Source: Azolla caroliniana
Taxonomy: Eukaryota > Plantae > Polypodiophyta
Reading direction: 5' to 3'
Assembly (NCBI GenBank): GCA_043228905.1
Contig: JBHGNT010000020.1
Span: forward strand, 12,586,001 to 12,650,000
DNA: 64,000 bases
Below the pieces are notes generated by a model. The model worked only from the letters and a program-made list of their open reading frames with translations, was not told the DNA's origin and did not search any database. Numbering within the stretch: the stretch's first letter is position 1; each line of letters begins with the position of its first letter. A program made the position numbers and the translations under genes. This document shows positions 12,158 to 26,195 of the stretch, piece after piece.

Positions 12158-14029
12158 ATGAGGAAGGGTTCATCTATAGTCGAGTTTTCCCATTGTGCAA
12201 TATCAAGAAAGCCTACTATTGATTCCAAGGAGCTCCTTGTCAATGGATCCACATCTCACTCGATGCGCATCATGGAATACTCTCCTCCGACTTTTGATCC
12301 TAAGGTTCTCGAGTGGAGAGATGACATAATGATCAATAACTCGGAGGAACTAATGCATTTGGTACCATCTTCAAACCAATCAAACCATAATCATACTTCT
12401 TCTTCTACTACTACTACTACTACCACCACCACCACATCGAAGATTCCTAATAATGTAATGAAGCAACCTACTCGAACAGTCTTGGGAAACAAGTCTAGTC
12501 CATTCAAATCCATCCGAGAAAAGATAATAAGATCCTTCTCCTTCAAGGAGAAAAACCCAAAGCAAGTCAATGTTATTCCAAGAAAGGAGAAAGAAAGTAG
12601 TAGTACTACTAGGCAGGTAGTCCATACCTCGCACACGGATTCATTGCCTATCAATGGACCTCTTCAAGTCGGTATAGATTCATTCCGATCGGCCAACACT
12701 TACTCGGACATGAATGTGTTACCTCCTAGTATTGATTCTCCTCCTCGAGACAGTATAGATTCATTCCGATTCGCCGACACTTACGCGGTTCCCGATTCGT
12801 TGCCTACCAATGGGCCTCCTCGAGATGGTATAGATTCATTCCGATTGGCTGGCACTTCCTCGGTCACCAATGTGTTGCCTCCTAGTATCGATCCTCCCCC
12901 TCGAGATGGTATAGATTCATTCCGATGGGCCGACACTTACTCGGTCGCCAATGTGTTGCCTCCTAGGATCCATCCTCCCCCTCGAGATGGTATAGATTCA
13001 TTCCGATCGACCGACACTTACGCAATGGAGCAGCAAATGGCGACCAATCTGGAGGAGCGAGCTAGAGAATTGGAAGAACGAGTGAGCACATTCGAGCACC
13101 AATCCCGAATGATGAGCATCAAGGGTCAAGCTCCTTATAACACGAGCTCGATCCGAGAATGTTTAATGCAATACTCCGAATCCAGTGATGATGTGAGTAC
13201 AATAAGTGAGTTAGAGCTCATTAAGAGGTGTGTTGAGGAGAAGAGAGATCTTGCCCTAGAGTTAGCTTCCGAGATCCGAGCTCGGGCTGCTGAACGGGCC
13301 AGCTCGGATGAGGCCCTTCGCAATATGAAAGCAGATATGGAATTTAAACTCAAGCTCCTTCAAAGAGAGAATGAAGTGAAGGTCCGAGAAACCATAGAGG
13401 AGATGGAGTCAGAGTGGTCTATGAAGCTCGAGGTTGCGATGTCCAAAGGCATGAAAACACGAGAGAGATTGAATAGGATTGCCCAAGAGAAGGTGGAGCT
13501 ACACAAGGAAATCTCTTTGTTAGCATCGAAGAAGAATGAATTGGCGGAGCGAGTGCATGAATGTGAGGAGACAATCAAGGCATTGAGAATGAGCAAGGTG
13601 GGAAGCATGGGATCGAGCTCACAAGAGAAGGAGGAGTTGCCATGGAGTGTTGTTGCCCTAAAAAAAGAGTATAGGGAAAAAGAGGAGGGGCTAGTAGAGA
13701 AGCAAAGTGAGTTGGAGAAGGTTTGCAATGAGAAGGTGAAAGCTTTGCAAAGCCTAAGACTTGTCCTAGGGGAGCAAACCAAGTGTCGAGAATTCGGATC
13801 GTTTAGTGAGGATCTAATGACAATGATTCGGATGGAGATGGCGAGGCTTTCTGGTATTGAGCACGCATTGAGGCAAGAAGTTGAAACCCACAAGAAAGAG
13901 ACACTCGTTGATCGAATGGAGAATAGTGGCCTCATGGCCGAGAGTTTGGGTGGCATGACGAGAAATGATAGCACCGTTGGATCAAGATATCATGTATCCC
14001 TCGACAATTTGGAGGATCATATCAAGATG
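12158..14029 (+). CDS. Exon 1 (624 codons) of a plant coiled-coil protein resembling the Arabidopsis At3g55060/At2g39300 family
   Basis: Long clean ORF. Motifs EEKRDLALEL..EIRARAAERAS, SEWSMKLE and MEMARLSGIEHALRQEVE are recalled from that family. Phase-0 donor ATG|GTATGC at 14029/14030. Confidence 0.85.
12630..13025 (+). repeat. In-frame tandem repeat in exon 1 (5 copies, units of 25-27 aa)
   Basis: Core TATAGATTCATTCCGAT at 12673, 12754, 12829, 12910 and 12991 (spacing 81, 75, 81, 81 nt); peptide PPRDGIDSFRxADTY. Confidence 0.93.
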
Positions 14030-14555
14030 GTATGCTCATTCATAAAATTCACTACCACTACCTTAGCACTTAGAATTTCAATGTAGTTCCTTATGTATAT
14101 AATGAAGTATGTGATCATTGGAAATTTAATCACTGATTTTACTTACACATGAAAACAATGTATATCAATATGAATTTCCTCGATATATTATGAACAAAAT
14201 CAGTACTTAACATCTTGCATGGTTTGTACAATGTGCTTATATAATAATTACCAAAGAGGGATTCAATTGTCATGTTGAAAAGTTATGACCATATCTTGTG
14301 AGTTTAAGATCGGCCCATGCTAACTACACCACTCTATTTACTTATCCCTTACATCATTACCCACCTAAACGATAAATCCCTAATTGACAAAGCTAACAAT
14401 ACCCAAATTGTAGCACCATTCGATCAACACTTTTGACTAGGTTATACATAATAAATTGATTACAATATTTTAAAGCTATGATGCCATAAAAGCTTCCATA
14501 TGTGTGTGTATATATATTGTGTAGCCTCACATTTGTTCTTTATTCAATTTTCTAG

Positions 14556-14705
14556 TTCTGTTGTAGGGAAAGTGAAGAGGTCAAGATGCTTCATCATGAT
14601 ATAAGGGGTCTCGTGCAAGAACGAGACAAACTCCAACAAGAGATGAACAATCTCCATTCTGCACTCACACTTACAAATCAAACAATCAAGGACCTTGAAA
14701 GACGG
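14556..14705 (+). CDS. Exon 2 (50 codons) of the coiled-coil gene
   Basis: Acceptor ttttctag|TTC and donor CGG|GTAAGA, phase 0/0; encodes FCCRESEEVKMLHHDIRGLVQERDKLQQEMNNLHSALTLTNQTIKDLERR (heptad pattern). Confidence 0.8.
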
Positions 14706-14778
14706 GTAAGATTTTGAATGAATAAAAAGCAATATTGGTTCATATAATTGTGTTTCTTTCATAGATGGCTAGAAGGCA

Positions 14779-15195
14779 TATATGATATAGTCACATGTTT
14801 TGATCAATGCTATATAAAATGGGTGTACGAATTGTGGATCTCTACATGGAATTACCATGAATCAATAAAATAGAAGAGTAGATGAGACTAATAATGACCA
14901 CTCAATCTATCCCTTGGAATGTGGCTTACACATTTTGTAGGATCCCTACCCATGCTTAGTTTAATTGAACAAATTGTATGTAATGGTATATATGATATAG
15001 TCACATGTTTGATCAATGCCATATAAAATGGGTGTAAGAATTGTGGATCCCTACAATGAATTACCATGAACCAATAAAAGAGAAGAGTAGATGAGACTAA
15101 TAATGACCACTCAACCTATCCCTTGGAATGTGGCTTACACATTTTGTAGGATCCCTACCCATGCTTAGTTTAATTGAACAACTTGTATGTAATGG
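14779..15195. repeat. ~209-bp tandem duplication in intron 2
   Basis: tatatgatatagtcacatg...gtatgtaatgg repeated with few substitutions. Confidence 0.9.
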
Positions 15196-15541
15196 ACATG
15201 TCACTACCACTACATGGGAGGGGGGGTAAAATGAGAGAACAAGCAAGACTGTAAATAGACCATCTCTAGGACATTATATATTATTTTAAACGAGAGAAAC
15301 AATCCATGTGATAAAGCTATGCACCCAACTAGAGACTTTGCATGTAAGGACTTTAGTGGTGGACTACATGGGCACATGACTATATAACTTATAGGTAGTG
15401 GGCTAGGACAAATACAATCAATAAGATATTAGTAGTTGGTTAAGGCCTTAATATTGTGGAGCCATGTTGAGTATGTTAGCATAGGCTTCATATGGTCCAG
15501 ATTCCACACAAAGATGAAGTAACAAGTAACTAGGTGGAAAA

Positions 15542-18122
15542 TGTTGGGAATTCGGTCCCTCCAGATGGGATCCGGAGGAGCTGGATCGGACGAGCCGAAG
15601 GAAGGAACCGGACCGGACCAGAAGGTATCTGGATGGATCCGGTGTGAACCGGATCCAGGAACATATCTGCAAATATGTTTTTGGTGTGCTTGTAAAGGCT
15701 ATATTTGTAAATAGTCCTAAATTCATATAAGTATAAATATGACTTAGGGCAATCACTGGTTGTTGTGGTTGTTGTTAGTTGTATTATAGTTGTACAGAGA
15801 GAGAGAGAGAGAGAAGAGAAACCGCCGGTTGGCGAAGATATAGAGCACGAGGTCGTTGCCTCTAAGTCTCCTGTTGTACCTCCTTTCTCATATAGTGATA
15901 GTTGGAGTCTGCGGGCTCTCATGGGTTTTCCCTATATTAGGGTTTTCCACGTAAACATCCTGTGTCGTCTCTTCTCCGTAAGTGTACAAACCTCCATTTC
16001 TATTTTGGTTCTCTCATAAAGTGTTTGAGTCTCGGCTGTGGCCGAGCGCTATTCCGTACAAACTCGTATCAGAGCGAACAAGAAAATGGAAGAGTCATTC
16101 GGAAACATGTTCAAGCTCACCGGCACCAACTACCCAGTGTGAAAGTTGAAGATGAGGGACATGCTCGTGGTCAAAGATCTCTGGCTGCCGGTACAGTTCG
16201 GGGACAAGAAACCAGACAAGATTGATGCCATGACATGGGAGGTGATGCACATGAAGCTGGCAACATACATACGGTGCTTCATCGACATGAACCTGTAAAA
16301 CAACTTCAATGAAGAAAATCGGTGCTGGAGAGCAAAAACACCGTAAATCGAGTTTCAGTATTCAGGAAGTTAGTGAGACTCCGGTACCAGGACGGATCCA
16401 ACATGGTGGAACACATGAACGCATTCTAGGGGCTCATAAATAAAACAACTTCGCTTGAAGTACCTCTGGCCGACGAGGTACTTGCATTGCTCCTGCTCAG
16501 TTCCCTCCTAGACAGTTGGGAGACACTAGTTGTCACTTTGGGCAATGCCGGGCCGGAAGGAAAGCAGTTGTCCCTAGCAAGGGTAAAATAAAGCTTGCTA
16601 GATGAAGAAGCTTGCCAGAAAGTTCCGGAATCCGGAACCGACCCGAAGGCTTTGGTTACGAGAGATGACCAAAACTGGGGAAGAGGTGGAAATCAGAGTC
16701 CCCAAAATCGGGACAAATTGGGGACGAGATCAAAGTAAAGGGGGAGGCCTACTTCCTTCTATTGTGGGAAGCCGGGGCACTTCCAGAAGAACTGTCGGCA
16801 TTTCCGGAATGAGAAAGGGGTCGACACCACCGATTTAAAGAAGAGTTCGTACCAAAATGGTTCGGATCGGAGAGGTCAGGATCGGAAAGGAACGTCGACG
16901 ATTGCGACAAGTGAAGAAGAATTGTTGCTCATCATTGAGGAGAATGAGTTAAACCTTGTCGGCGACGAGACAACGTGGGTTGTCGATTCTGGCGCATTGT
17001 TCCACCTAACACCGGACCGGAAATGCTTCTCGTCCTACAGAGTCAGAGATCTCGGCTATGTCCAAATGGGGAATGAAGGGTCATGCCGAATTGTTGGCAT
17101 AGGAGATGTGTGGTTGAATACATCAACCGGGTGCAATTGCTACTGAAGGATGTCCGACACGTTCTGGAGGTTTGGTTGAGCTTGATATCAGCCGGTCGGC
17201 TAGATGATGAAGGCTACACGGGTAGCATCCGGAACAGAGTAATGAAATTTAGCAAATGAACCATGATTGTGGTTCGAGCCCGGAAGATCAACACGCTGTA
17301 CCTGATGCACGCTTGGATATGCCGAGAAGAAGTAAACGTAGTATTCGACAATGCCGGTGAGCTGTGACACAAGAGACTGTGTCATATGAGCCAGAAGGGG
17401 ATGAAAAGACTTGTTGAAGACAACCTCATTCCGGAGGTGAAAGACGTGCATCTTGAGAAGTGCACCGATTGCTTGGCCGACAAGCAAAACCAAACCTCCT
17501 TCCGGTCAAGACCACCGATGAGACGGAATGCACCACTGGAGCTGGTGCATACCGATGTGTGTCAAGTGGACATGAAATCACATGCCGGATCGCAGTACTT
17601 CGTGACGTTCATAGACGACCACAACCGAAAGTTGTAGGTCTCACCGTTGAAGACGAAGGATCATGTGCTGTCCGTCTTCAAGGAGCTCCACGCGAGAGTG
17701 GAAAGGGAAACCAGCTGGAAGCTAAAGGCGGTTTGAGTAGATAACGGCGGTGAATACCGGGAGCAATTCGAGGAGTACTGCCGGTCGAAGGGAATCCGGC
17801 TCGAATTCACCATGCCGAAGATGCCGGAATTGAACAGGCTGGCTAAACGGATGAACCGGACCATAATGGAGAGAGTCTGAAGCATACTAGCACATGCAAA
17901 GTTATCCAAGACGTTTTGGCCTGAGGTGCTGATGACAACGACGTACGTGATTAACATATCACCGTCAACATCCTTGGAAGGAGACTCACCGCATAAAGTA
18001 TGGACCGGTAAAGATGTGTCTTACCAGCATCTGAAGGTGTTTGGTTGTCTCGCTTATGTGCATGTTGCAAAGGACAAGAGAGCAAAGTTGGATCCAAAGT
18101 CCGGGACAAGAGAGCAAAGTTG
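15542..18122 (+). mobile_element. 3'-truncated, degenerate Ty1/copia (Tnt1/Tork-like)
   Basis: 5' LTR TG..CA 15542-16060; mutated tRNA-iMet PBS TCGTATCAGAGC 16064-16075; broken gag, protease (WVVDSGA) and integrase (VHTDVC); stops within integrase at a short duplication (ggacaagagagcaaagttg). Confidence 0.9.
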
Positions 18123-20210
18123 AATCAAAATAATGATCGTACATCTCTTGCATGACTTATAAAAACAATGCCCTTTAGATTTGCAATATCATTTTCAATA
18201 TGTCAAAGATATTGCAACGGTGGATCACAAACAACATTAAGTTTACAATCAACTTTGGTTTTGAATGAAATCATGATTTTCACAAGAAAAATGAAAAAGA
18301 CAATGATCAAAATTCCTTGTGAATAGAGAAAAATCTTGGATAGGCATTCTTGGCCTATAGTAGAATTTCTCCACAAATTTGCCAAGTTGAAGAAATTGTC
18401 AGGCATTTTGAGATTACCAACATTTAATGAATGATAATATTGTACATGGCGATTTTGTCTCAAAATGAAGAAGAAAATGATCATTACATCAAAATGAGAA
18501 ATATTTTTCCATCAAATAGAAGTAGAGTATTCATGATGGAATATTTCCACGTTAATGACGAAATCTTCATAAATCAAGAACGTTCACATCCTAGCTTTGG
18601 GTACCAACACAATTAGACACTCTTAAATGCTCTTGGATTCTCAAAAACATTTTAAGAATGCATACCAATAGCAACCTAGAGGACAAATCCATTGTCCTAA
18701 CCTCTAGGTATGTAAAAATTTCCATGACTTACAATAAGGCAGACAAATCTCGTTTCCTAGAATCTCATAAGTTTTAGATTACCTGATTTATCCCCCAAAT
18801 CAAGTTACAATCTTGAGTGTCAATGTGACTACCTTGCTATTGGTACTTTTAAAAAAGAAAGAAAGATACACATTAGTATATTACTTGAAAACTCTACATA
18901 GAGAAAACAGAAGGAGACATTTCATCTCAAATCTATTATAATATACAAATCTTGTCGTTGCCATAGAACATCATCCGAACCCAATAGATCATCGTATTGA
19001 CCACATAGTGTATGGAAAAATAACATCTAGAATTCAATAAGCATAGTGTTGAGATGTATGTCAACATTGTTAAAAATAGAATCACATCTCGTTTTCCATA
19101 TTCTCGAAAGAGCCAACGACGTAATAGTATGCCAAATAATCAGATTTTTAATTATGAACTGTGGAATATAAGAAGGAAATGAGGTGAGAGAGAGGAAGAG
19201 ACATCCACACATCCGATGTAGAGTATACATGCCATGCAAAGAATCAGTGATGATTCTGTGCAGCGGAAGAACTTTGTGTGTGTGTGTTGTGTGGAGAGAG
19301 GAAGAGAGAGAGAGGAAGATACACTTCTAAACAATAAGATAAATGGGGGATGATTAACAAGATTATAGCTAAAGACCTTTCTCTATATTAATAAGCATCA
19401 AGTTACAAAATATCCACAATGAGGTATATATACAACTCATGTGCAAGGGTGCACATGTGTGAGGAGAATATAGGTACACGGTTGTAAGTCCTATATTAAA
19501 TATACTTGGTAGTGGAGGAACTAAAATGTATCCCTACTTACGTACAAGTACAAGATCCTATTTAAGGGTTTAAAAGGTTAACACACTAACTAGATTCTAT
19601 CTAGGTAACTACTAAGTTACATGGTTAACTAAATGGCTAAACTTAGTTGAGCTTGATATCTCAACATGCCACAACCTACCATCATCATCAACATTAAAGT
19701 ACATAACATCACCCACAACATTAGTTACTTTAGCTCCTAACATAACTTTTAAAAGAGAAAAATAACCACACCATATCTGATTACTTGAGGGGCACCATGA
19801 AGCCATAAATTGTCCCAATGCCACTTGCATATCATTACACATAATAGCACCTCCTCGAACTGAATGCATCGATAAAGATTGTAACGGTCGATTCATAACA
19901 TGACATCCCCATGAAAGAACATTACATGTAACTGATTCATCCAAAGAAGCCCAATTTACCCTAGGACAACTACCAAGCAACTCGCATCAGAGAAGACAAT
20001 TACAGGTCAAAGGCTATCTCAACAAGACATCCATTGTCAAAGGCATATTCCGAACCAAAATATTTTTAACAACAGATTAGCTTGTGAGAATTCCATTAAA
20101 AAATCTATATATTGGTAAGGTTGTTTTAAAGAAATGGAAATTCTAAATAAAGGCCCACGTTAATGAGGGTTGCCACACTCCACCTATTGTCGGACATGTA
20201 GTAGACAGTT

Positions 20211-23200
20211 TGTTGAGAAAAACGCTGAATATTGCTCGGCCACAGCCAAGTCTTGAACACTTTGATGAGAATGGAGAACACAGAAATGAGAACTAAAGAG
20301 TGAACACAAGATGTTTACGTGGAAAACCCTAATAGGGAAAAACCACGGGAGCCCACAGACTCCGAACTATCACTATGAAGAGAAGGGGTACAATCAGAGA
20401 CTCGTAGGCAACAATCTCGAGCTCGGTTTCTTCGCCGACCGGCAGTTACAATAGAGTATCGCTTTGTATCTCTCTCTCCCTCTCTGTCGCTCTCTTCTGT
20501 ACAATAGTTACAACAACAATGACAATGACAATGACAACCTTATAAAGTGATTGCCCTAAGTCATATTTATACTTAAATGATCTTAGGGCTATTTACAAAT
20601 ATTTATACTGGGGCAAAGATCTTGTCGAAATCCACTCCTTTCTTCTGTTGAAAACCCTTCACCAGGATCCGGGCCTTGTACCTCGGTGGATTTCTGGTGT
20701 CTCCCGGTTTCAACTTGTACACCCACTTGTTCCAGAGTGCTCTCTTCCCTTTCGCCAACTCTGTTAGTTCATATGTGTGGTTCTCATGCAGGGAATCCAT
20801 CTCATCCTGCATGGCTCTCAACCACTTGCGGCTGTGGGTGTCTCTCTTTGCTTCTTCAAAGCTTTCCGGCTCCCCCTCATTGGTTAGCAACACATGCTCT
20901 GCATCCGGAAATCTCCGGGGGGCTCTTCTCTCTTGGAGAGGATATCTCTATGCTTGGTTTCTGACTGCCGGTTCCTCCGTTTGTTCCTCATCCTCATCCG
21001 ATTTGGGATCTTGTCCGGTTCCAGTGTCTTCTTCTTCTTCTTCTTCTTCGGTCTGTTCTGTTTCTTGTCCATATTCGGCCGGTTCGTCGAGTGTCATCCG
21101 GTTAGCGGCTAGCATCTGGTTTTCAACGAATGATTTGGAGTTCATCACCTTCTCCGACTCCCAGTCGGCAATGGTTCTGTCTTCCATGAAGACTATGTCC
21201 TGACTCCGGAACACCTTCTTGTCAACCAGATCCCACACTCGGTAACCGAACTCATCATCGCCGTATCCAAGGAATATGCATGGCATGGACTTCGGATCTA
21301 GCGTTGCTCTCTTGTCCTTTGCAACATGCACATATGCGAGACACCCAAACACCTTAAGATGACGGTAAGATACATCTTTACTGGTCCATACTTTTTGAGG
21401 TGAGTCTCCTTCCAAGGGTGTTGAGGCTGATCTATTTATCACATAGGTCGCCGTCGTCAGTGCCTCAGCCCAAAACGTCTTGGGTAACTTTGCATGTGCT
21501 TGCATGCACCAAACCGTCTCCATTATGGTCCAGTTCATCCTTTCGCCCCGTTTAGTTCCGGCGTCTTCGACATAGTAAAATCGAGCCGGATTCCCTTCGA
21601 TTTGACCGACAATACTCCTCGAACTGCCCCCGGTATTCTCCTTCATTATCTGCTTGAACCACCTTCAGCTTCCGGCCAGTTTCTCTTTCCATTCTCGCGT
21701 GGAGCTTCTTGAAGACGGATAACACCTGATCCTTCGTCTTCAATGGTGAGACCCATAGCTTCTGGTTGTGGTCATCTATGAACGTCACAAAGTATTGCAA
21801 TCCGGCATGTGACTTCGTGTCCACTTGACACACATCGGTATGCACTAGCTCAAGTGGTGCATTCCGTCTCATCAGTGGTCTTGACCGGAAGGAGGTTCGG
21901 TTTTGCTTGTTGGCCAAGCAATCGATGCACTTCTCAAGTTGCACCTCCTTCACCGGAATGAGGTTGTCTTTGGCAAGTCTCTTCATCCCCTTCTCACTCA
22001 TGTGACACAGTCTTTTGAGCCACATCTCACCGGCAATGTCGGATGCTACGTTCACTTCCTCCCGGCATATCCGTGCATTCATCAAGTACAGTGTGTTGAT
22101 CTTCCGGGCTCGAGCCACTATCAAGCTTGCCTTGCTGAATTTCATAACACCGTTCCGAATGCTATTTGTGTAGCCTTCATCATCTAGCCGATTGGCTAAT
22201 ATCAGGTTCAATCGAACCTCCGGAATGTGTCAGACATCCTTCAGCAGCAATTTGCATCCGGTTGATGTTGCCAACAACACATCTCCTATGGCAATAATTC
22301 GGCATGTGCCTTCATTCCCCATTCGGACACAACCATGATCACTAGTTGTGTAGGATGAGAAGCATTTATGATCCGGTGTTAGGTGAAACGACGCTCCGGA
22401 ATTGACAACCCATGTTGTCTCGACGTCGACAAGGTTTAACTCATTCTCTTCGGTAATGAGCATCAGTTCTTCTTCACTTGTTGCGATCACTGACGTTCCT
22501 TTCCGATCCGGGCCTCTCCGGTCCGAACTGTTTCGGTCTGAACTCTTCTTCGAATTGGTAGTGCCGGTTTCTTTCTCCGTTTAGAAATGCCTGCAGTTCT
22601 TCTGGAAGTGTCTCGGCTTCCCGCAATAGAAGCACATGGGCCTCCCCCTTGACTTCGACCTCATCCCCGATTTGTCCCGGTTTTGGGGACTCTGATACCG
22701 GCCTCTTCCCCGATTGTGGTCATCTTTCGTGACCAAGGCCTTCGGATTAGTTCTGGACTCTCGGTCCTTCTGGTGAGCTTCTTCATCTAGCAAGCTTGAT
22801 TTTACCCTTGCTAGGGACAACTGTTTTCCTTCCAGCCCGGCGTTGCCCAACGTGACAACTAACGTCTCCCAACTATCCAGGAGGGAACCGAGCAAGAGTA
22901 ATGCTAGTACCTCATCAGAGAGAGGTACTTCCAACAAGGTTGCTTGTTGTATCAGCCCCCGGAAGGCATTCATGTGCTCCGCCATACTGAAGTTGTCCTG
23001 GTACCGGAGCCTCACTAACTTCCGGAATACCGAAACCCGATTAATGACATTCTTGTTTTGGAACATGATGCCGATCTTCTCCCAGAGTTCATGAGCCTTG
23101 CTCTCTTCATTGAAGTTGTTGTACAGGCTCATGTCGATGAAGCACCGGATGTATGTCGTCGTCTTCATGTGCATCACCTCCCACACTATGGCGTCGATCT

Positions 23201-23883
23201 TATCCGGTCTCTTGTCCCCGAACTGAATTGGCAACCAAAGATCTTTGACTACCAACATATCCCTCATCTTCGACCTCCACACTAAGTAGTTGGATCCGGT
23301 GAGCTTGAACATGCCGCCAAACGATTCTTCCATTTCCCGTGTTGTTCGCTCTGATACCAGTTTGTTGAGAAAAACACGGAATATGCTCAGCCACAACCGA
23401 GTCTTGAACACTTTGATGAGAATGGAGAACACAGAAATGAGAACTAAAGAGTGAACACAAGATGTTTATGTGGAGGGGAGCCCACAGACTCCGAACTATC
23501 ACTATGAAGAGAAGGGGTACAATCAGAGACTCGTAGGCAACGACCTCAAGCTCGGTTTCTTCTCCAATCGACAGTTACAATAGAGTATCGCTCTGTATCT
23601 CTCTCTCCCTCTTTGTCGCTCTCTTCTGTACAACAGTTACAACAACAATGACAATGACACTGACAACCTTATAAAGTGATTGCCCTAAGTCATATTTATA
23701 CTTATATGAACTTAGGGCTATTTACAAATATAGCCTCAATAGGCTTACTCAAAACATATTTATAGATATGTCTTCTCTTCCGGTTCTCATCAGGTCTCTT
23801 CTGGTTTCCGAATCTCTTCTGGTTCTCACCGGGTCCTCGTTATTCATCACTGGATCCCATTCAGAGAGACCGATTTCCCAACA
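20211..23883 (-). mobile_element. Internally deleted Ty1/copia (Tnt1/Tork-like)
   Basis: 5' LTR 23363-23883; PBS TGGTATCAGAGC (minus, 23348-23359); gag with CFYCGKPRHFQKNC, protease, integrase and RT start; fused at ~20602 to a partial LTR (20211-20601). No matching TSD found. Confidence 0.9.
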
Positions 23884-24762
23884 GCTTATGCATCATTAGC
23901 TGACTCCAAACACCTTGCATTGGCAATATAGCTCTACATACAAATCTAGAGAGCAAAGCCTTACATTGTGATTCCGGATCCACCAACCCCAACATTTTGT
24001 CGCGGAGCAATCTATACTGCCCAAGCTAGTTTAGGCCTTTTATCCTGACATGTTTTTCCTCCCCAAATGTAATTGCAAATAAGACCTAGCAAACAATTTA
24101 GTAGTTTAATATACCAAATAATTGCAAGAAGAACTTGATTAGCTACAAGTACACGATCTGCGAATGACAGGTCAACCGAATCCCAAAGCAACAATTTTCT
24201 CATTAGCTTTAAAAGTAGAGGAGCAACTAACACATCCGCATTAACGTGAAGTTCCACTTGGTAGCCCAAGTAATGAATAGTGATTCCATTAGGAACCCAT
24301 TTGAATTCCTGCGAAGGCATCGAAGTAGGCAATGGATTTTGCGATATCCAAAACCTAAGAGATTTATGCCAATTTATCTTTGCTCTAGAGGCCAAGAAGA
24401 ATTCCTCCACCATTAATGTCACAGACACACCAACCTTGGACTTAGATGAAGCACGGATGACAAGGCTACGAGGAACTTAAGAAGCTAGGAATGACATTAG
24501 AGCATGAAGACAGAGATGAAGAACGAGACAAGATGGAATTGAACAAGAATACTAGATTGATGTGTCAATGACTGGTGTTGAATCCCTTGAAAGGGACCAA
24601 TGAGGTTACAAGTATTTATACTGTGAGTCGAAGTACATGCATTAAAATATTCTAGAGAATATTCTGGAAACCTCTAGAACCTTCTAGTTCTAGAACTTTC
24701 TAAAAACTCCTAAAACTTGAAAAAGATAACCTACTAAAATATACATAACATGACCATGTATT

Positions 24763-24827
24763 TGGATGTATAAGTTAGAACATAACACTTGACTATAATA
24801 CAAGAGGTCAAGAGTTCAAATCTTGAC
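24763..24827 (+). other. tRNA-like (Pol III A/B-box) module in LTR U3; second copy at 26257-26321
   Basis: A-box-like TGGATGTATTGGTTAG (26257 copy), CTTG..CAAG stem, AGGTC, then hairpin GTCAAGA-GTTCAAA-TCTTGAC with a B-box-like loop. Confidence 0.6.
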
Positions 24828-24934
24828 ATGATTATTGTCATGTCCGTGACGTTATCCTCCCCTTTACAGTTGCCTTTTCGAAAGCATCATTGTGCAAGGG
24901 TGAGTTTAAGTACAAAACCAAAGTGGATTGATGA

Positions 24935-25235
24935 CTCAACGAGTCCTCACTAGAAATAGGAACACGAACGAATGTGAGCGACCATGTGAGGTCCTCAAAT
25001 TGGTGACTGAGCGAGTCCTCACCAGAAATAGGAACACGAATGAATTGAGCGATCATGTGAGGTCCTCAATGGAGACTGGAACATTGATGGGCGTGAGCGA
25101 CCATGTGGTCCTCACCAGGAATTGGAACATCGACAGGCGTGAACAACCATGTGCGGTCCTCACTGGAAATTGAAACACCGATGGGCGTGGGCGACTATGT
25201 GTGGTCCTCACTGGGAACTGGAACACCGATGGGAG
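24935..25235. repeat. Degenerate ~40-60-bp tandem repeats inside the non-coding LTR element
   Basis: Recurring gagcgaccatgtg(a/c)ggtcctcac..gaa....gaacac units. Confidence 0.8.
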
Positions 25236-26141
25236 AAGGAATGCAGGTGAAGCGGCCGACTCGATTTCTTCTATCATGAGAGGGTAAATAGTCGAAGTTG
25301 ACCCAAAACGCGACATAAAAACTAGCACTAGTGAGAAACCGTTATGATCCCCACCAAGAAAGTGAACGATTGTGACCCCCACTGGAAATAGAAGGTGAGT
25401 GATAGAAATCAATCCTTGTCAAAGGGAACTTGAGCAAAATGGGAACCAAAAGGAAAATGGAGTGCATGCGCGCAATGATTCAATCCCCACCGGGAAATTG
25501 AACAGTTGTGACCCCACCTGAAGGTGAGCGATCAAAATCAATCCTCGCCAAAATCGTGATGCAAAATGATATCTATAGATGATGACAATGACAATGAAGA
25601 GGGAGGAACAATGATGATAATGAAAGACCATGCAAAGTAGTGTTGGCAACGATGAAAGGTTGGACGAAGTAGTGTTGATGAAGACATGAAGAGGACTTGT
25701 TGAAAAATGATGATGTCGAAGACGAGGCAGTGAAGAAGAAGAAGATGATGATGATGATGAAGCTTCTCTACAAGGAACGAATGTGGCTATTGTGACAATG
25801 GCGTCTCTAAAACCAAGGATGGTGATGACGATAATTCTGGAAGCAAGGACAATGACGATGGTAACTCTAGAAGCAAGGGCGATGATGAAGACGGGTGATG
25901 CTTCCAATTGGAAGGGATTCAAACTGTCATGGACACACCAACCGCGGACTTAGACGAAACACATATGACAAGGCTACGAGCAACTTAAAAAGCTAGGAAT
26001 GACATTAGAGCTTGAAGAATGAGAGAAGATGGAATTGAACAAGAATACTAGATTGATGTGTCAATGACTGATGTTGATCCTTGAAAGGGATAAAGGAGGT
26101 TACAAGTATTTTTACTGTGAATCGAAGTACATGCATTATAA

Positions 26142-26195
26142 TATTCTAGAGAATATTCTAGAACCCTCTAGAACCTTCTAGTTCTAGAACTTTCT
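26142..26195. promoter_or_regulatory. Heat-shock-element-like nGAAn array in LTR (second copy 24648-24700)
   Basis: GAAtaTTCtaGAA...GAAccTTC...TTCtaGAActTTC lies just upstream of the minus-strand TATA position (intact TATAAAT at 24614-24620 in the other LTR). Confidence 0.65.

Noticed and set aside
12673-13007. Regularly spaced 17-bp direct repeats resembling a CRISPR array
   Set aside because: The 'spacers' are homologous to each other, the unit lengths are multiples of 3 inside a coding exon, the DNA is eukaryotic and there are no cas genes.
14030-14086. C-terminus of the 642-aa ORF as annotated
   Set aside because: A good phase-0 donor at 14030 and downstream exons indicate that this part is intron.
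19160-19583. Possible solo LTR inside the L1
   Set aside because: It has an LTR-like end (GGTTAACA) but I found no defined other end or TSD.
20206-23888. TSD for the minus-strand copia
   Set aside because: The flanks CAGTT and GCTTA do not match. The left flank resembles the PBS spacer, so this may be another rearranged or tandem copy, but the evidence is too thin.
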